Assembly: GCA_965242525.1 (NCBI GenBank)
Contig: OZ251459.1
Span: 2,144,001 to 2,208,000, forward strand
Origin: an uncultured Candidatus Binatia bacterium
GTDB lineage: Bacteria; Desulfobacterota; Binatia; UBA9968; JAJDTQ01
DNA length: 64,000 nt
Direction of reading: 5' to 3'
Made by a program: the position numbers and the translations under genes. This document shows positions 61,401 to 64,000 of the stretch, piece after piece. The number at the start of each line of letters is the position of its first letter. Position 1 is the stretch's first letter. The notes below the pieces were generated by a model, which was not told the DNA's origin, made no database searches, and saw nothing but the letters and a program-made list of their open reading frames with translations.

Positions 61401-61884
61401 CGAACGCCTCGCAGCCCAACCGCAATGCTTCCAACGGAATCGAGCCGCCGCCCGCGAACGGGTCCACCACCAGGGGCGGCTCCACGCCGTGGGCCGCCCT
61501 CACCAGCGCCCGGGCCGTTTCGAGCCGGACGCCGTTTGCGGCAAGGCTCCAGTTGGCGAAGTCGGCGATGAACTTGAGCAAGACCCGCCGCAAGCCCTCG
61601 TCCGGCTCGATGGCCTCGCTCCACCCTTCCGGCCGCCCGTGCATCTTGAGGAGGATCCGCCGCGCCTCCTTCTTGAACGCTTCCGGGCAATGCGGGTCGC
61701 ACGGGTCCGGCAGCAGCAGCGCCATCAGCATGGCCCGGGAGGAGGCCAGCGGCCGCCGCGCCCACCACAGGTGCAGCGTGGAAGGGTGCCCGTGCCGGAT
61801 GGACTTCTCCCGCGCCGCGTGCCGCGATACCTCGGCAATGGGGAAGTCCACCTCCGCCAGCCGCCTGCACTCCCTGGGGATCAT
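58486..61884 (-). CDS. DUF1156 adenine-specific DNA methyltransferase carrying two in-frame MITE insertions
   Basis: LHLWWARRPL, DPFAGGGSIPLE, Zn knuckles CEAPNC/CPCC, FTDPPYYD. Confidence 0.9.
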   Translation of the reverse strand: MIPRECRRLAEVDFPIAEVSRHAAREKSIRHGHPSTLHLWWARRPLASSRAMLMALLLPDPCDPHCPEAFKKEARRILLKMHGRPEGWSEAIEPDEGLRRVLLKFIADFANWSLAANGVRLETARALVRAAHGVEPPLVVDPFAGGGSIPLEALRLGCEAFASDLNPVACLILKVMLEDIPRHGSGLADELRKVGSEVRQAAERELADLYPADPDGSTPIAYLWARTVRCEAPNCGAEIPLLRSLWLAKKAVFKREGGKRIKVRGRQALRYKKHLNDREIQDGFPHADTPIPVRPERSEAETSVHPERSEAESKDALMPPVPIVQRFHKVVQPAKEPPRVELEIFEPKTDKDVRAGTVTRAKATCPCCRVVLPPERVRAQLAEQRGGADVIFDGKGKRVGGARMTAVVTLKEDEPGRRYRLPTDADYAAVHKAQARLAGILDEWERGGRQGPCPAPDEPISLNEIRRISVPIYGMTTWGDLFTARQKAALVELTKSSTKLPNNRDIRDGLPHPDHPIPVRLERSEAETPVHLERSEVETSVRPERSEAKSKDALTPPVPIVQRFPTIDDMAKQPLALALTRTANAGCSLCRWHTSGEKHEGVYSRQALPMVWDYSESNPFSESTGGYAGALDWIANVIDSWPESNLGQVQPADAKAYPLPDAAASVWFTDPPYYDAVPYAHLSDFFLVWLKRALPEQMMALCNLTGSHDLTPKEEEIVVDRPHRLSSSTKTARTYESGMVRAFAEGRRILRQDGVGSVVFAHKTTEGWEALLSGMISGGWTITGSWPVATEMGSRLNARDTASLATSVHLVCRPRLDDAPVGDWADVLRELPIRVGEWMERLQGEGVRGADLVFACIGPALEIYSRYRQVETAEGREVGLPEYLERVWEVVGRTALENVLGAAEAKARNGMAGVLEEDTRLTALFLWTLQSTGADDASEDSGEVAEDEDHDEADDAPRDKPGGYSLVFDVARRLAQPLGIELSKWEGRIIETDKGVVRLINATERGKQLFGEDGADTAAEWLERDPRVTVQQVLFPEMEAAPRKKRARSRGGKVLIADDAEMQAPDATTLDRVHAAMLLQASGRSQALRNLLKAEHERGPDFLRLANALSALYPSVSEEKRLLDAMLLAAPR
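60192..60391 (+). mobile_element. MITE family 1, copy I (200 bp, 3 units), in frame within the DUF1156 gene
   Basis: TIRs GGAACCTCTGAACGATCG/CGATTGTTCGGGAGTTTC; perfect TSD GTTG; 200+4=204 bp. Confidence 0.88.
60903..61069 (+). mobile_element. MITE family 1, copy J (167 bp, 2 units), in frame within the DUF1156 gene
   Basis: TIRs GGAACCTCTGAACAATCG/CGATCGTTCAGATGTTTC; flanks TTAT/TTGT; 167+4=171 bp. Confidence 0.88.
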
Positions 61885-61886
61885 GA

Positions 61887-62019
61887 GGAACCTCTGGACA
61901 ATCGGGTCAGGGGACATGAGCGCGTCCTTCGACTCCGCTTCGCTACGCTCAGGACGAACGGGAATAGGGGATCAGGGTGAGGGAGTCCATTCCGGATGTC
62001 TCGATTGTCCAGAGGTTCC
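61887..62019 (+). mobile_element. MITE family 1, copy K (133 bp), immediately upstream of the DUF1156 start
   Basis: Perfect TIR GGAACCTCTGGACAATCG/CGATTGTCCAGAGGTTCC. Confidence 0.85.
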
Positions 62020-62029
62020 AGAAATCTCC

Positions 62030-62077
62030 GGATTCCCGCCCCCGCTTCCGCGAGGACATGCTTTCGCGGGAATGACG
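62030..62077 (-). repeat. CGTC-type REP-like palindrome with internal insert
   Basis: Minus strand CGTCATTCCCGCGAAAGC-atgtcctcgcggaagcggggg-CGGGAATCC. Confidence 0.6.
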
Positions 62078-62132
62078 AGGGGTGGGGAGGGAGTGTCATA
62101 ACCCATACAAAAGCCGGAAGACCCGTTCCTCC

Positions 62133-63281
62133 TCACTCATTGCTCAATAGCTCACCAAGATCCGTCAATGCGCGCTCCATCGGCAGGGCGACAATATCAT
62201 CCATGTAAAGAGGCGTGGACCCGCCGAAGAACAGGTAGCACTTGGCTGGGGGATAGTCTTTCTTGAACTCCCGGAGCGCTCTCGCATCCCTGGGTTGGAT
62301 CCGGGTGGAGCGCTTGATTTCGATGGCCAGCAGGCCGCGCGGCCCGTACAGGACGAAATCGACCTCCAGGTTGTTTCGGGTGCGCCAGAAGAATATCCGG
62401 TAGCCGTATTCATGGTAGTCGTTGACCGCCCTCAGTTCCTGGAGCACCAGTGTTTCCAGCGCGGGACCGTCCATCTCGGCTTCGGAATCCAGAGGCCCCA
62501 CCGGTCGGATCGCCCGGAACACGCCCGTGTCGAAGAAATAGAATTTCTCGTGCGAGACGAGCTTGCGCTTGGCCCTGCGGGAGAACACCGGCAGGCGCAC
62601 GGCGATCAGCAGGTCTTCCAGGATGGAGAAATAGTTCTCCGCCGCCGAGCGTTCGATGTGCGCCTCGCGCGCGACGGAGCTGATGTTGAGGGTCGCTCCC
62701 TGGGAGAAACTCGCCACTTCCAGGAAACGGGAGAAATGGCCGATGTTGCGCGTCAGGCCCTCCTGCATGACCTCTTCCCGCAGGTATGTCTGCACATAGT
62801 CCTTGAGGTATCTTCCGGGATCGCTTTCACTGAACCGAGCAGGCAAATGGCCGAACTGCAAGGAATCGCGCAGGCGGAAGGCGTCCTGCTGCTCCGTCAC
62901 CGTCAGGGGATGCATGCGGTAGGTCAAGGCCCGCCCGGCCAGCAGGTTGACCCCTCTTCGCCTCAACGTCCTGGCGCTGGACCCTGTCAGGACGAAGTTC
63001 AGCCGGCGGGCTTCGATCAGGTCATGGACCTCGTTCAGCAACGCAGGGATACGTTGCACCTCGTCTATGATGACCCGGTCGGTATGATCCGGAGGAATGA
63101 GATCCCTGAGTTGTCCGGGGTTCGCGGACAGGCGGTTGTAGAACTCTGATTGCAGCAGGTTGACGAAGAGGGCCCGGGGGAGATGGCGCTTCAACCAAGT
63201 GGTCTTTCCCGTCCCCCTCGGCCCGAACAGGAAGAAACTCTTGCGTGATTCCAGGGGTTTCTCGATCAGCCGCTCGAACAT
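62133..63281 (-). CDS. AAA_14 ATPase with DUF4143 C-terminus (COG1373-like)
   Basis: GPRGTGKT, IIDEVQ, LTGSS, KFYFFDTGV, EVDFV..IEIK. Confidence 0.88.
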   Translation of the reverse strand: MFERLIEKPLESRKSFFLFGPRGTGKTTWLKRHLPRALFVNLLQSEFYNRLSANPGQLRDLIPPDHTDRVIIDEVQRIPALLNEVHDLIEARRLNFVLTGSSARTLRRRGVNLLAGRALTYRMHPLTVTEQQDAFRLRDSLQFGHLPARFSESDPGRYLKDYVQTYLREEVMQEGLTRNIGHFSRFLEVASFSQGATLNISSVAREAHIERSAAENYFSILEDLLIAVRLPVFSRRAKRKLVSHEKFYFFDTGVFRAIRPVGPLDSEAEMDGPALETLVLQELRAVNDYHEYGYRIFFWRTRNNLEVDFVLYGPRGLLAIEIKRSTRIQPRDARALREFKKDYPPAKCYLFFGGSTPLYMDDIVALPMERALTDLGELLSNE

Positions 63282-63419
63282 CAGCAACCCACTCCTGGCG
63301 AATTTGCGCACTATAGACCAATTCAGGGGCAAAATGCAGTCGGAAAGTGAAAAAAGGCCGGATTTTTTCGGGCCGGAAAGCCCGGCGGATTGGCAAAGGG
63401 AACGACGGAGGACGGCGCG

Positions 63420-64000
63420 CTAGTCGCCGGCCACGGTCATGCGCGAGACCTTGACCGTGGGTGAAGCGACCGCGGCCTGGGTGCGGAGGTCGTCGCCGAC
63501 CATCTCGATGCGGTCCAGCATGTCGTTCAGGTTCCCGGCGATGGTGAGCTCGGACACCGGATAGGCCAGCTCTCCCTTGTCGATCCATATGCCCGCGGCG
63601 CCGCGGGAGTAGTCGCCGGTCACCAGGTTGACGCCGAATCCCATCAGGTCGGTGACGTAAAGGCCCTGCTCCACCGAGCCGATGATCTCCGCCACGCCGT
63701 GGGCGCCCGGGGCCAGGTAGAAGTTCATGGGCGCCACGCCGGAGGCGGCGCCCGCGCCCCGGGAGGCGTTTCCGGTGGGCGCGCCGCCGAGCTTCCGCGC
63801 GCTGTAGGCGTCGAGCAGGTAGCTGCGCAGCACCCCGGCCTCCACCACGTGCTTGCGCCGAACCCCCACGCCTTCGGAGTCGAAGGGCCGCGAACCCAGG
63901 GCCGAAGGGATGGCGCCGTCGTCGATGAGGTGGACGAGCTCGGAAGCGACCCGTTGTCCGATCCGGTCGCACAGGAAGGAGGCGCGCTGGTAGAGGGCGT
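63420..64000 (-). CDS. pmbA: TldD/PmbA family protein, C-terminal part (5' end outside window)
   Basis: SRPFDSEG, TGNASRG, GVNLVTGDYSRGAAG, TIAGNL. Confidence 0.88.
   Translation of the reverse strand, partial: ALYQRASFLCDRIGQRVASELVHLIDDGAIPSALGSRPFDSEGVGVRRKHVVEAGVLRSYLLDAYSARKLGGAPTGNASRGAGAASGVAPMNFYLAPGAHGVAEIIGSVEQGLYVTDLMGFGVNLVTGDYSRGAAGIWIDKGELAYPVSELTIAGNLNDMLDRIEMVGDDLRTQAAVASPTVKVSRMTVAGD

Overview
GC-rich bacterial chromosome segment. The gene order kdsB-pyrG-kdsA-kdsD-lptCAB-rpoN-ptsN-ptsH-metK-ahcY suggests a deltaproteobacteria-like Gram-negative host (inference). Housekeeping blocks (moaA, 2-oxoacid:ferredoxin oxidoreductase, hemW, a xanthine-dehydrogenase-family enzyme, peptide ABC transport, pmbA) alternate with accessory, defence-like blocks. 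Highlights: (1) a low-GC six-gene operon with overlapping ORFs, ParB-like / PD-(D/E)XK-like / SNF2 / ParB-like / radical SAM / GHKL ATPase (5586-12700), which matches no system I recognise; (2) a MITE family with 18-bp TIRs, 4-bp target duplications and a stop-free frame, whose basal length plus TSD is 46 codons and which has inserted in frame twice into a DUF1156 DNA methyltransferase; (3) an OsmC-like gene with an in-frame TGA and a SECIS-like hairpin, probably a selenoprotein; (4) a mosaic defence hotspot (39-49 kb) with junction scars, including a VapC start fused to an orphan HsdS; (5) a second 99-bp repeat family in a nested repeat cluster. All family assignments come from motif recognition only; no searches were run.
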